Positions 32,982 through 43,287 of a stretch of DNA of 64,000 nt are shown piece by piece. The translations under genes were made by a program, and so were the position numbers. The stretch is taken from positions 7,684 to 71,683 of the forward strand of contig CAZPKK010000001.1 in the NCBI GenBank assembly GCA_964587175.1. The letters are read 5' to 3'. The notes beneath the pieces were generated by a model. The model ran no database searches. It was given only the letters and a program-made list of their open reading frames with translations, and was not told the DNA's origin. The number at the start of each line of letters is the position of its first letter. The first letter of the stretch is position 1. The stretch is from an uncultured Clostridium sp. Its GTDB lineage: Bacteria > Bacillota > Clostridia > TANB77 > CAG-508.

Positions 32982-33485
32982 CTATAAAGCCATTTGTACT
33001 ATCTTATGTTCTTTTAAACATTCTTTTAAATCTAAAATTCTTTGATTTTCTGAGCCTTTAAATTTTAATGTTGGATTCTTCTTCTCTTCTATAAATTTTC
33101 CATCTACTAATACATCTATATTTTTTAGTGTTTCATTTGTTATTTCATCATTTCTTGCTTCTAATTGCTCTAATGTATATCCTGTATAACACCATACATT
33201 AAAATGAGGTCTTATTTCTTTTATATCTTTTATAAAGTCTAATACTTCTGAAATATTCTCTTTACATAGTGGCTCTCCTCCACTAATTGTAATTCCTTTT
33301 AATATTGAATTTTCACATATTCTATTTATAATTGTCTCTTTATCAAATTTTTCCCCATAATTGTAATCTTGTGCTACCAAATTATGACATCCTGGGCAAT
33401 GATGTGGACACCCACTTACAAATAACACTGCTCTCCAACCAAGTCCATTTGATATACTCTCATCATAAAAACCAGCCATGTTCAT
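32982..33485 (-). CDS. nrdG: Anaerobic ribonucleoside-triphosphate reductase activating protein (radical SAM)
   Basis: GLGWRAVLFVSGCPHHCPGCHN (CxxxCxxC cluster) and size 167 aa; directly downstream of nrdD. Confidence 0.9.
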   Translation of the reverse strand: MNMAGFYDESISNGLGWRAVLFVSGCPHHCPGCHNLVAQDYNYGEKFDKETIINRICENSILKGITISGGEPLCKENISEVLDFIKDIKEIRPHFNVWCYTGYTLEQLEARNDEITNETLKNIDVLVDGKFIEEKKNPTLKFKGSENQRILDLKECLKEHKIVQMAL

Positions 33486-33523
33486 TTTTCATCATCTCCT
33501 TGGATTTTTTATTATTTTTCAAA

Positions 33524-35824
33524 CTAAGCCCCTTTTATTTCATCTGAACCTAAACCTGTATGAGTAACCCTATCTTTTAGCTCTGCAAGCTTTGCATTAT
33601 TCCAACGTGATGTTGTTCCTACTAGATATCCTGTAATTCTTTGAATTGTATCTATTTCATCGCTTCCACATACTGGGCATTCTTTTAAGTTTGCATCTGC
33701 ATTTTCAAATCCACAGTGCATACATCTTGATCTTGTATGGTTTACGCTTCCATAGCCCATGTTATATTTGTCCATTAAGTCAACAACTGCTTCTATGCTT
33801 TCCGGATTATGAGTAGCATCTCCATCTAATTCTATATAGAATATATGACCTCCTTTTGTTAGTTCATGATATGGAGCTTCAATTTTTGCTTTTTGTTCTG
33901 CAGTGCATTTATGCCAAACTGGTACATGATTACTATTTGTGTAATATTCTCTATCTGTTACCCCTAAGATTGTTCCATATTCTCTTCTATCTATTTTTGT
34001 AAATCTTCCAGATAAACCTTCTGCTGGAGTTGCTAGAACAGAAAAATTCAAATCATATCTTTCAGAAAATCCATCTACTATTTCTTTTAACTCTCCTATT
34101 ATTTCCAATCCTAATTTTTGTGCTTCTTCTGATTCTCCATGATGTTTTCCTGTAAGAACTGTTAAACATTCAGCAAGTCCTATAAAGCCAACTCCCAATG
34201 TACCATGCTTTAATACTGGTTCTACTGTATCATATGGTTTTAGCTTATCACTATCCATCCATAGTCCTGACATTAATAGTGGAAATTGCTTTGCTATTGC
34301 TGTACATTGAAATCTATATCTATCATATAACTGTCTTGCTACTACTCCAGCATATTTTTCTAACTTTTGCATAAATATTTTCTTTACTGCTTTTTTGTAT
34401 GGTGCTGTCATATGCTCCTCTGATCCTTTTCCAAGATCAAATTTTAATCCTGTTTGCTCTTGTGCTTCATATGCTGATTCTATTGCAAGTCTAGGTAAAT
34501 TCAATGTTGAAAATGATAAGTTACCTCTTTCTATAGATGTTTTTTCTCCATGCCTATCTTCATATACCCTAGTTCTACATCCCATTGTTGCACATTCATA
34601 TTTATATCTTTCAGGATCATTTGCATCCCATTTATCATTTTGATTAAATGTTGCATCTAAATTTATAAAGTTTGGAAAAAATCTTTTTGCAGCAACTTTA
34701 CAAGCTAATTTATATAAATCATAATTTTTATCTTCTGGTAGGTAACTTACCCCTCTTTTTTTCTTCCATATTTGTATAGGGAATATTGGTGTCTCGTTGT
34801 TTCCTACTCCTCTTTCTGTTGATAATAGTGTTTCTCTTATTATACATCTTCCTTCTGCTGAAGTATCTGTTCCATAGTTTATTGAACTAAATACAACTTG
34901 GTTTCCCCCTCTTGAATGAATTGTATTCATATTGTGTATAAATGCTTCCATAGATTGATGAACTCTTCCTACAGTGTTATTTATAGCCTCTTGAACATAT
35001 TTTTTATCTCCTTTAAGTCCTTTGACAGGTTTCTTAATGTAGTCATCTATTTTTATGTCTAAGAGATGTGATAAATCTTCTTCAATAAATTCAGCAATCT
35101 TTTTTATCTCTTCTCTGTAAGTCATTCTTACATATGGAGCTAAATAGTAATCAAATGCAGGTATTGATTGTCCTCCATGCATTTCGTTTTGTACTGTTTC
35201 CATAGATATACAACCTAGTATACTTGCTGTTTCTATCCTTTTGGCTGGTCTAGATGCTCCATGTCCTGCTTTGAATCCCTCTTTTAGTATTTTATCTAAT
35301 GGATGTTGCAAACATGTTAGAGATTTTGTTGGATAATAGTCTTTATCATGTATGTGTATATATCCTCCCTTTATTGCCTCTCTTGCTTCTGCTGATAGCA
35401 AAAAGTCGTCCACAAATGGTTTTGTTGTTTCTGATGCAAATTTCATCATCATTCCTGCTGGTGTGTCTGTGTTCATATTTGCATTTTCTCTTGTAATATC
35501 ATTTGCTTTTGCTCCAATAATGTCTAAAAATATTTCTTTTGTTTTTGATTTTCTTGCCACGTCTCTATTATATCTATATGTAATATAACTTTGTGCAACC
35601 TCTTTTCTTGAAGATGCCATTAATTTCTTTTCTACTGCATCTTGAATATCATAAACAGACGCTTGATTCTTATCTTCAAATTGCTTCTGTACACTTGAAG
35701 CTATTTTATTTGCTAAATCTATATCTACACCTCCTGGTGTTTGTGACATAGCTAAAGTTACCGCTTTTACTATTCTTTCTGGATTAAATTCTACTACTCT
35801 TCCATCTCTTTTTATTACTTGCAT
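33524..35824 (-). CDS. nrdD: Anaerobic ribonucleoside-triphosphate reductase (class III RNR)
   Basis: Start placed at MQVIKRDGRVVEF (ATG 35824, GGAGGA 6 nt upstream). N-terminal ATP-cone, C-terminal Zn ribbon CMHCGF...CPVCGS and glycyl-radical motif RITGYL. Confidence 0.9.
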   Translation of the reverse strand: MQVIKRDGRVVEFNPERIVKAVTLAMSQTPGGVDIDLANKIASSVQKQFEDKNQASVYDIQDAVEKKLMASSRKEVAQSYITYRYNRDVARKSKTKEIFLDIIGAKANDITRENANMNTDTPAGMMMKFASETTKPFVDDFLLSAEAREAIKGGYIHIHDKDYYPTKSLTCLQHPLDKILKEGFKAGHGASRPAKRIETASILGCISMETVQNEMHGGQSIPAFDYYLAPYVRMTYREEIKKIAEFIEEDLSHLLDIKIDDYIKKPVKGLKGDKKYVQEAINNTVGRVHQSMEAFIHNMNTIHSRGGNQVVFSSINYGTDTSAEGRCIIRETLLSTERGVGNNETPIFPIQIWKKKRGVSYLPEDKNYDLYKLACKVAAKRFFPNFINLDATFNQNDKWDANDPERYKYECATMGCRTRVYEDRHGEKTSIERGNLSFSTLNLPRLAIESAYEAQEQTGLKFDLGKGSEEHMTAPYKKAVKKIFMQKLEKYAGVVARQLYDRYRFQCTAIAKQFPLLMSGLWMDSDKLKPYDTVEPVLKHGTLGVGFIGLAECLTVLTGKHHGESEEAQKLGLEIIGELKEIVDGFSERYDLNFSVLATPAEGLSGRFTKIDRREYGTILGVTDREYYTNSNHVPVWHKCTAEQKAKIEAPYHELTKGGHIFYIELDGDATHNPESIEAVVDLMDKYNMGYGSVNHTRSRCMHCGFENADANLKECPVCGSDEIDTIQRITGYLVGTTSRWNNAKLAELKDRVTHTGLGSDEIKGA

Positions 35825-35951
35825 ATTTTTTCCTCCTTTTTCCAATAAGGAACTTTTGGTGAAAATTATATTGTTCTATTTAAATTTTCGTCCAATTTTA
35901 TTTTCCCTTAATTTGTATGGCTATATTATATCTCTTTTTTTTTCTTTTTCT

Positions 35952-35975
35952 GTTGCAAAAGTCACATATTATGAA
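35952..35975. promoter_or_regulatory. Conserved 24-nt element GTTGCAAAAGTCACATATTATGAA upstream of nrdD (candidate NrdR-type operator)
   Basis: Near-identical to 38153-38176 upstream of the nrdD paralog. Contains the half-palindrome CACATAT. Confidence 0.4.
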
Positions 35976-36119
35976 AAATTAATTTTACCTCCTATTCAGC
36001 TTTAGAAATTAGTCCTTTTTTTATTTTCTTTTTTAATATTACATTTTTGTTACAAATTTTTTCTTGTATTTTCAAACCTTTGGAGTTTGTTTCCTTCTTT
36101 TTTGTTTTATGTAATTTTT

Positions 36120-38039
36120 TTATTTATTTTTTATTTCCATATATTGCATATTTTCATAAGCAAATTTAACCATCTCTTCCCAATCTTTTTCTTCTGCACT
36201 TTCCAAACTTACTGTTGAAATTGCTCCACCTTTTGATATTTTTTGAAATTTAGCTTCTATTTTTAATCTTTCATATTTATCTGTTTCTTCTTGCGTTGGT
36301 ATATAATAAGATGATGTGTAACATTCTTTATCTGTTACATTTTCTATAGTTCCAAATCTTTCTTTATCTATTTTAGCAAATTTTCTAGCTACCTTTTTAG
36401 AATTTGTACCACATAACACAAAACCTATCTTGGTTTCTTTTCTCCAAATTTGTACTGTATCTTGTAAATACTGTAACACTTTCATAGCAAATTCATATCC
36501 TTTAGAAACAAGTTGAGACTCTTTTTTCATAGTTTGCGTCATCTCATAAATACCTAAATATCCTAATGTAATAGTTGAGTAATCCCCATATAGCAAGGAA
36601 TCTATTTTCTCATTTTTACCCAAACGAGAAACCGCTCCATATTTCCAATGTAATGGACTTATATTAGCTTTGGTTCCTACTAATGAATAATGTCTACACA
36701 TTAAAGCTTCAAAACATAATTCCAGTCTTTCTTTTAGCATTTTCCAAAACTTTTCTTCATCACCATCTGCCAAAATTGCTATTTGCGGTAAATTAATACT
36801 TACCATACCCTGATTAAATCTTCCTTCAAATTTGTATTCTCCCGCTTCATTTTTGTATGGTAACAGAAATTTTCCTTCACCTATTGGGCTAAATATGTTA
36901 TTTTCATAATTTTCTTTCATCTGTTTTGCTGATATATAAGTTGGATATTTTCTCTTTTTCGAACAATTTATAGCAATCCTAGTTAAATAATCGAATTTTC
37001 CTCCTTTTAATATATTGTTTTCATCTAATACATATATTAACTTTGGAACATCTGGAGGAATATTTTTTCCCTCTTCATTCTTTATCCCCTCTAATCTTTG
37101 TCTTAAGATTTCTTCCACTATCATTGCATTTTCTTCCTGATATTGATCATCTTCTTCCAAGTGTAAAAATAATGTAATATCTGGCCTTTTACCACAAGAA
37201 TCTTCTAAAGCATTTATTTGATACTGTATCATCTGTATACCAGATTTTAGTTCATTTTTCATTCTTCCTCTTATTAACTGTTCCATTAATTCTTCTGGCA
37301 ATTTCCACGTATTTTCTTTTTCTATTTGGTTCTTTAATTTATGGTAACTTTTTCTCAGATATTTTCCAAAATGTATCATATCAATTGCTTGTCCACCATA
37401 CTGATTTGTTGCTATTACTTCCATAATTTGTGTAGCTACAATACATGCTACTAAAAAACTTTTTGGCGTTTCTATCATAGTTCCATTAATTACAGTTCCA
37501 TTTTCTAGCATGTCTCCTATGTTAATCAGACTATTATCAATCATTTGGTGTACAAAATAATCCTTATCATGAAAATGAATGATTCCTTCTGCATCTGCTT
37601 TTGCTATTTTCTCTGGAAGCAATAATCTTCTTGTTAAGTCTCTTGAAACTTCTCCTGCTATTGAGTTTCTTTGCATTGTTACCGTTACTTCTGGTTCTTC
37701 TTCAGAATATTCTCTATTGTCATTTCGAATTATTCCAAGAATACTTTCATCTGTAGTATTTTGCTTCCTTACTAAAGCTCTTGTATATCTATATACAATA
37801 TATTTTTTTGCAAGTTCATATTTTCCTAATTCCATTAATTTTTCCTCAATAATATCTTGTATATCTTCTACAAGTATTCTTTTTTTGTTTAGAGATTCAA
37901 TATATGAAATAATTCCTTTTATCTCTTCCTTTGTAGCTCGTTTTTCTTCATTAACTTCTCTATTAGCTTTTTCTATAGCTATTTGGATTTTACTTCTATC
38001 ATAATCTACTGCTCTACCATCTCTTTTTATGACTTTCAT
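36120..38039 (-). CDS. NrdD-like class III RNR paralog lacking the C-terminal Zn-ribbon/glycyl-radical domain
   Basis: MKVIKRDGRAVDYDRSKIQIAIEKANRE ATP-cone. Aligns with NrdD through GTIENVTDKECYTSSYYIP but ends ~70 aa before where CxxC...RxxGY would be; no Gly-Tyr radical motif. Confidence 0.7.
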   Translation of the reverse strand: MKVIKRDGRAVDYDRSKIQIAIEKANREVNEEKRATKEEIKGIISYIESLNKKRILVEDIQDIIEEKLMELGKYELAKKYIVYRYTRALVRKQNTTDESILGIIRNDNREYSEEEPEVTVTMQRNSIAGEVSRDLTRRLLLPEKIAKADAEGIIHFHDKDYFVHQMIDNSLINIGDMLENGTVINGTMIETPKSFLVACIVATQIMEVIATNQYGGQAIDMIHFGKYLRKSYHKLKNQIEKENTWKLPEELMEQLIRGRMKNELKSGIQMIQYQINALEDSCGKRPDITLFLHLEEDDQYQEENAMIVEEILRQRLEGIKNEEGKNIPPDVPKLIYVLDENNILKGGKFDYLTRIAINCSKKRKYPTYISAKQMKENYENNIFSPIGEGKFLLPYKNEAGEYKFEGRFNQGMVSINLPQIAILADGDEEKFWKMLKERLELCFEALMCRHYSLVGTKANISPLHWKYGAVSRLGKNEKIDSLLYGDYSTITLGYLGIYEMTQTMKKESQLVSKGYEFAMKVLQYLQDTVQIWRKETKIGFVLCGTNSKKVARKFAKIDKERFGTIENVTDKECYTSSYYIPTQEETDKYERLKIEAKFQKISKGGAISTVSLESAEEKDWEEMVKFAYENMQYMEIKNK

Positions 38040-38152
38040 TTTTCCCTTCCTTTATATAATATTTAGGTTTTGACACGGCTCCTATAACCTTTATTATTGT
38101 AATTATTTCTACATAGTATTTTTTATTATATGCTTTTTTTGTTTTTTTTCAG

Positions 38153-38176
38153 TTGCATAAGTCACATATTATGAAT
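38153..38176. promoter_or_regulatory. Second copy of the conserved element, GTTGCATAAGTCACATATTATGAA (followed by ATGTG, completing a CACAT...ATGTG palindrome)
   Basis: Sequence identity to 35952-35975. Part of a ~150-bp duplicated leader. Confidence 0.4.
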
Positions 38177-38338
38177 GTGTTTTTCACGTTCAAACTTTTT
38201 CCGGAATTTAACGCCTCCTTTTTTATTTTTTTAAATATTACATTTTTATTACAGTTTTTTTCCTTTATTTTATTGATTTTGAGCATTGTTTCCATTATAA
38301 TATTTTATGTAGATATAATATTATGAGGTAGGAAATAG

Positions 38339-38971
38339 ATGAATGCTAATTTCAATGTTGACAAGTTTTATCACACCTTTTCTCGTACTTGTAATAAAGT
38401 TCAGAAAAAGACTTTTTCTAAAAATCAAGTAATTACTACTTATATTCAAAAGCGCAATCAGTTATGTATTTTGCTAAATGGAAAGGCTGACTTGGTTCGC
38501 TATGATTTGAATGGAAATAGAACTATTGTAGAGCATTTTTCAAAAAATGCTTTATTTGGAGAGGTTTTCTACCATGTTACAACTAATAATGAATTATTAG
38601 TTGAAGCTAAATCAAGTTGTACAGTACTTTTTTATATCTATGAACAATTACAATATCCTTGCAAAGATAATTGTGATTTTCACAATATATTAGCAGAATA
38701 TTTACCTGAATTAATTTTAGATAAGATTACAATGTTAAATACTAGAATAGAACTTTTAACCCAAAGAACAACTCGCGATAAACTTTTAATGTATTTTTCT
38801 CTTATCTCCACAAGAAAACTTTCAAAAACGTTTGAACTCCCATTATCTCTGACAGATCTAGCAGATTATTTGAGTGTTGATAGAAGCGCAATGATGCGAG
38901 AATTAAAGCTTTTAAAAGAGGATGGCTTAATTGATAAAATCGGAAATAGAATAATTTTATTATATAAATAG
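38339..38971 (+). CDS. Crp/Fnr family transcriptional regulator
   Basis: N-terminal cNMP-binding-like fold, C-terminal HTH (LTDLADYLSVDRSAMMRELKLLKEDGLI). Confidence 0.75.
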   Translation: MNANFNVDKFYHTFSRTCNKVQKKTFSKNQVITTYIQKRNQLCILLNGKADLVRYDLNGNRTIVEHFSKNALFGEVFYHVTTNNELLVEAKSSCTVLFYIYEQLQYPCKDNCDFHNILAEYLPELILDKITMLNTRIELLTQRTTRDKLLMYFSLISTRKLSKTFELPLSLTDLADYLSVDRSAMMRELKLLKEDGLIDKIGNRIILLYK

Positions 38972-39138
38972 AATAAAGGAGAATAAAATTATTCCACATA
39001 TAAAACTCCGTTTTAGTAACATTTCATATAGCAGATACTCAAACCATCACTATTTTAGAGGAAGATTTAGATATTTTAAAAAGTAAACATCTAAATCTCC
39101 CTCTAAAATAGTTTTTGTGTAAAATTAACTCTTCTTAT

Positions 39139-39648
39139 CTATTTATTTAACAAATATATTCCTATATTTAAATAAGTTGCAAATGCTGTCCAAATTAAAT
39201 ATGGTATTTGCAAATATGCTGTAAACTTGTGCTTTTTATAAAAAGTGATTATCATGTCAATAATGAGTAGTAATAGAATTATGATCCAGAAACAAGATAA
39301 TAACCTTGCCTTAAACACAAAAAATAAAATTGGCCAAATAAGATTTACTACTAATTGTGAATAATAAATTCTATTTATATTAGCATCAAGTAATCCTCGT
39401 GTATCTAAGATTCCATATGATATTCCCATCAGTATATATAATATAGTCCATACAATTCCAAATAAAAATCCTGATGGCGAAAATAGTGGTTTTTGTAAAG
39501 TGTCATAATCCATAAATGGCATAATAATAAAAGCTACAATCCCTCCTAGTATCACTGGTATTAAAACACTTTTTATCCAAGTCCATTTATTTTTCAAGAC
39601 TAATTCCCCTTTCAAAGATTGTTTTTTCCTATACAATAAGAAAAGCAT
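39139..39648 (-). CDS. tspO: TspO/MBR family tryptophan-rich sensory protein
   Basis: Five TM helices with Trp-rich conserved segments (FLFGIVWTILYILMG, NLIWPILFF, WTAFATYLN). Confidence 0.8.
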   Translation of the reverse strand: MLFLLYRKKQSLKGELVLKNKWTWIKSVLIPVILGGIVAFIIMPFMDYDTLQKPLFSPSGFLFGIVWTILYILMGISYGILDTRGLLDANINRIYYSQLVVNLIWPILFFVFKARLLSCFWIIILLLLIIDMIITFYKKHKFTAYLQIPYLIWTAFATYLNIGIYLLNK

Positions 39649-39749
39649 ATATAAATATATTTTACTATATTCATATATACCTTTATTTATTCTTATTTTA
39701 AACGCACATCTTGTCTTTAATACTTTTTAATTTCATATCTTATTTAGTT

Positions 39750-40532
39750 CTAAACCCCTACACTCATTGTTTCTGGAAGTGTAGAGCCACCATCAATCAC
39801 ATAGCTTTGTCCTGTTAAATAAGATGCTTCATTACTTGCTAAAAATGCAGCAAGTTCTCCTAATTCTTCTATAGTTCCTAGTCTTTTCATTGGGATACCT
39901 TTAGCAATTCCCTCCACTACTGAATCAGGATTATTACTGTCTGAATCTTTAGCAATTCCCTCTACCATAGGGGTCATTATATATCCTGGAAGAATTGCAT
40001 TAACACGTATTCCTTTTTCTACCACTTCAGCAGCTAATCCTTTTGTGAATCCAAGTAATGCTGCTTTTGTTGTAGCATATGCTACCTCCCCAGTATCTGC
40101 AACCATGGTTCCTGTTACAGAAGATAGATTTACAATTGCTCCACCTTGTCCCATATAAGGAAGTACAGCTTTTGACATATTCCATGCACCTTTTATGTTT
40201 ATATCAAAATGAAAATCTCTTATTTCATCCGTTGTTTCCATGAATGGTGTTAATTTAGCAACTCCTGCATTATTTACTAAAACATCTACATGTCTATATT
40301 TTTCTACTACTTTATCTACTGCTTCGTGTATTTGTTGATTATTTCGTATATCTACTTTGTACCCATCTACTTCATATCCGCCTTTTTTCAAGCTTTCAAT
40401 TGTATTATCTAATTTATCTGAATAATCAAAAATTGAAACCTTTGCTCCATATTTTAAGAATATTTTTACGATTCCCAAACCATTTCCCATAGCTCCTCCT
40501 GTCACTATGGCCACTTTATCTTTTAATTTCAT
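39750..40532 (-). CDS. SDR family NAD(P)-dependent oxidoreductase
   Basis: TGGAMGNGLG Rossmann motif, NNAG, catalytic YATTKAA, PGYIMTPM. Confidence 0.85.
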   Translation of the reverse strand: MKLKDKVAIVTGGAMGNGLGIVKIFLKYGAKVSIFDYSDKLDNTIESLKKGGYEVDGYKVDIRNNQQIHEAVDKVVEKYRHVDVLVNNAGVAKLTPFMETTDEIRDFHFDINIKGAWNMSKAVLPYMGQGGAIVNLSSVTGTMVADTGEVAYATTKAALLGFTKGLAAEVVEKGIRVNAILPGYIMTPMVEGIAKDSDSNNPDSVVEGIAKGIPMKRLGTIEELGELAAFLASNEASYLTGQSYVIDGGSTLPETMSVGV

Positions 40533-40744
40533 ACTACCTCCTATTCGAGCTAAAAATAGCTCAATAAAAATTTTATCTATTGCATTATATATTTAGTCTT
40601 CCAAAAAGTAAATCCCCTATTATGTAAAAGAGTCATTATATGCCTCGATTTAAATAATATTTCTACTTGTGATTTTACTTTATATTTTGGTAAAGAATAC
40701 CCATCTGCTTTGATTTAAACGATGTTTTTATTTGTGATTTCACA

Positions 40745-42640
40745 TTAAATTTTGAGAAAAGAGGCATTATCTGCCTCCTCCACCTCCTCCGGCCACCGGC
40801 CTCCGCCGCCTCCGCCAGAGAAACCTCCGCCACCGCCACTCGCTGATGAGTGAGCAGAGGATATTGACGAATTAATTGAATGGCTAAAACTAGATGAGAA
40901 ATTACTATGATACATAAAATACATATATGACGAAGTATTTACGCCATCAAACTCATCTATATTTGGATATATCGTTTTTAATTGTTTTAATACTTTATCT
41001 GCTATTCCAAAAGCAGTAGCATAAACCAAATATCTTTCCCAAATTTCTATTGCTGGAACTTCTTTTTCATTTAATAATGAAAAATCTTCCATATATTTCT
41101 TGAGGCCTTTCCATTTTTCCTTTTCATTAACTCCCTTTTGTGTCAACACATTAATCTTTTTATTTGCTTTCGAGCATAAGATTCCATCTATTAGTAAAAC
41201 AATAGCAAGAGGAAATGTTATTGGTGAAATGAATAGTATGATAAAAGCAAACAAGTAATATGATACAATTATGTTTTTATATGTCAAATATTCTTTTTCT
41301 TGTTCTTTGTCCAATATTCCTTCTTCACTTAATTGTTTTTGAAGTAATTTTTTGTATCTATTTATCAAACCCTCCACTGCTATAGAATTTGACTTTATAT
41401 ATTTTTCCAATTCTTTCAACTCTATCTCTTCTTTTCCTTTTATTGCTTTTTTTATAAATTCTAGTATTGAGATTTCATCTTCTTTTAATCCATCGTTTGT
41501 TTCTTTTACTAGCTGAATGTATATTTTTTCCTTCCTCCTATTTTTTTCTACTCGTAAGTCTATATATCCTTTTAATTTTAAATCCAACAATGTTGCTGAA
41601 AATATTTTTCCAAACTTTGAATAAAATGTATTATATGGCTCTTCTAAAATATATAATGCTTCTCCTGGAGTCACATCTTTTTCTGGTAAATCTCTAAAAT
41701 ATTCTAAATTTTGCTCTGGTACATATTTTCTAGACTCGCTTAATTTTCTTCCATATTTAACTGCTTTTTTAATAAATATAATACACAATGCTAAAACTAC
41801 AAAAAGAAAGAATACTCCTATTACTTCATCTTCTATCTCTTCCCATACTCTTCGCAGATTTGCTTGATTTGCCCATTTCGTCTCTTCTGTCAATACTTCA
41901 TCATACCTATCTTCATTGTAGGTTCTATTGGCAGTTGTTATCATTTCTGTTGGAAACAAACTCCTTACTTCAACATAATTGCCTGCACTAAAATTTTGAA
42001 TTCTAAACTTTATTTTATCTAAAGCTGTAACATAAATTTCTCCATTCAAATCTTGAGTGTGCCCCCATACCTTTATATCTTCTGTGCTGTTTGCATAATC
42101 AGGAAGAATTATTGTTCCTGTTACTTCATCTGCATCAATCTCAAAGTCTGCACCTATGAATTGCCAGTATAGCTCTGCATAATCATTATATTTTCCAATT
42201 GCATCTGTTACTGTATATGAAATCTCATAAGTTCTTGTATCATAACTATTATCCAGTCCGACACCCCATGCTATTTCAAAATCTCCATTTGAATTTATTA
42301 ACCCATAATAGCAATCTTGTGTCACATGATACATCTCTTGATTTATTTGAGTAAATTCCCTTTTTATACCATCTGTAGTCTCTACTACTTTTACATTAGT
42401 AATTTCAGAAAATTTTTCCTCATCTAATTCAAATGTTTTATATAATGTGTTTGTGTATCTAATGTCAATTTCCCAAGTTTCAACTACATCCATACTACCA
42501 TCTGAATTAATTGTAGCTTCAAAATCTAATTTGTCTAAATATAGACTTCCGCTACTAGCATTTACCGGATTGCTAAACAATACTGTAAATGCTAGTAGTG
42601 CAAATAGTAAAATAATAACATTTCTAAGTTTTTTTAACAT
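40745..42640 (-). CDS. DUF2207 family membrane protein with Gly-rich C-terminus
   Basis: Signal peptide, large extracellular N-domain, several TM helices, C-terminal GGGGGFSGGGGGGRW tail characteristic of DUF2207. Confidence 0.6.
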   Translation of the reverse strand: MLKKLRNVIILLFALLAFTVLFSNPVNASSGSLYLDKLDFEATINSDGSMDVVETWEIDIRYTNTLYKTFELDEEKFSEITNVKVVETTDGIKREFTQINQEMYHVTQDCYYGLINSNGDFEIAWGVGLDNSYDTRTYEISYTVTDAIGKYNDYAELYWQFIGADFEIDADEVTGTIILPDYANSTEDIKVWGHTQDLNGEIYVTALDKIKFRIQNFSAGNYVEVRSLFPTEMITTANRTYNEDRYDEVLTEETKWANQANLRRVWEEIEDEVIGVFFLFVVLALCIIFIKKAVKYGRKLSESRKYVPEQNLEYFRDLPEKDVTPGEALYILEEPYNTFYSKFGKIFSATLLDLKLKGYIDLRVEKNRRKEKIYIQLVKETNDGLKEDEISILEFIKKAIKGKEEIELKELEKYIKSNSIAVEGLINRYKKLLQKQLSEEGILDKEQEKEYLTYKNIIVSYYLFAFIILFISPITFPLAIVLLIDGILCSKANKKINVLTQKGVNEKEKWKGLKKYMEDFSLLNEKEVPAIEIWERYLVYATAFGIADKVLKQLKTIYPNIDEFDGVNTSSYMYFMYHSNFSSSFSHSINSSISSAHSSASGGGGGFSGGGGGGRWPEEVEEADNASFLKI

Positions 42641-43032
42641 ACCCCTTCTCCTTTTTTGTTTTATTTATCTTTGTGTTATTTATATCACAATTGTTCTCGA
42701 AATACAATTAATTGGTTGTATTTGTTGTGAAATTCTTAAATTTAAAAGTAAATTCCACTGATAGCCCAACAAGAATTTAGTTTTGTAATTTTAATCATAT
42801 AAATTGCATTTACTTTAAGAATTGATTTTGATTTTTCGCTTGACATGGATTTTTATCGCACTAACTATGTTATTTTCAGATATATGGAGAGTAGTTTAAA
42901 AGCAAGCTCCACACTATAATCAATCTAGAACAAAACTTGTGAAATATGATATTTTATAATATAATATAAAGAAGCTTGAAGAAAATTAAGATATATATTG
43001 TAAATATATATTGTAAAAGGAGATGATGACAA

Positions 43033-43263
43033 TTGAAAGTAAAATATGTTGGTAAAAGCTTTGGCGTAGAAAGCTTGACAAATGGAAAAATCTATGAGTG
43101 TATAGCTATCGAAGACGAGATGCTACGAATCATCGACGATAGTCAAGAAGATTATTTGTATTCAGCTATACAACCTGCCGCTATGGATAATTTTGAATTG
43201 TGTGGTAAATGGGAAATCATAGAAGATAACGAAGATGGTGATTTGAAGAAATTGATCAAATGA
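43033..43263 (+). CDS. Small acidic hypothetical protein (76 aa), TTG start
   Basis: ORF with AAAGGAG 9 nt upstream of TTG; no similarity recognised. Confidence 0.3.
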   Translation: MKVKYVGKSFGVESLTNGKIYECIAIEDEMLRIIDDSQEDYLYSAIQPAAMDNFELCGKWEIIEDNEDGDLKKLIK

Positions 43264-43287
43264 GTGTATGGTATGTTTTTGTGGTTC

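Noticed and set aside
35825-35845. Upstream extension of the nrdD ORF (MEKGGKN)
   Set aside because: The extension covers the GGAGGA RBS of the ATG at 35824. NrdD proteins start MxVIKRDG.
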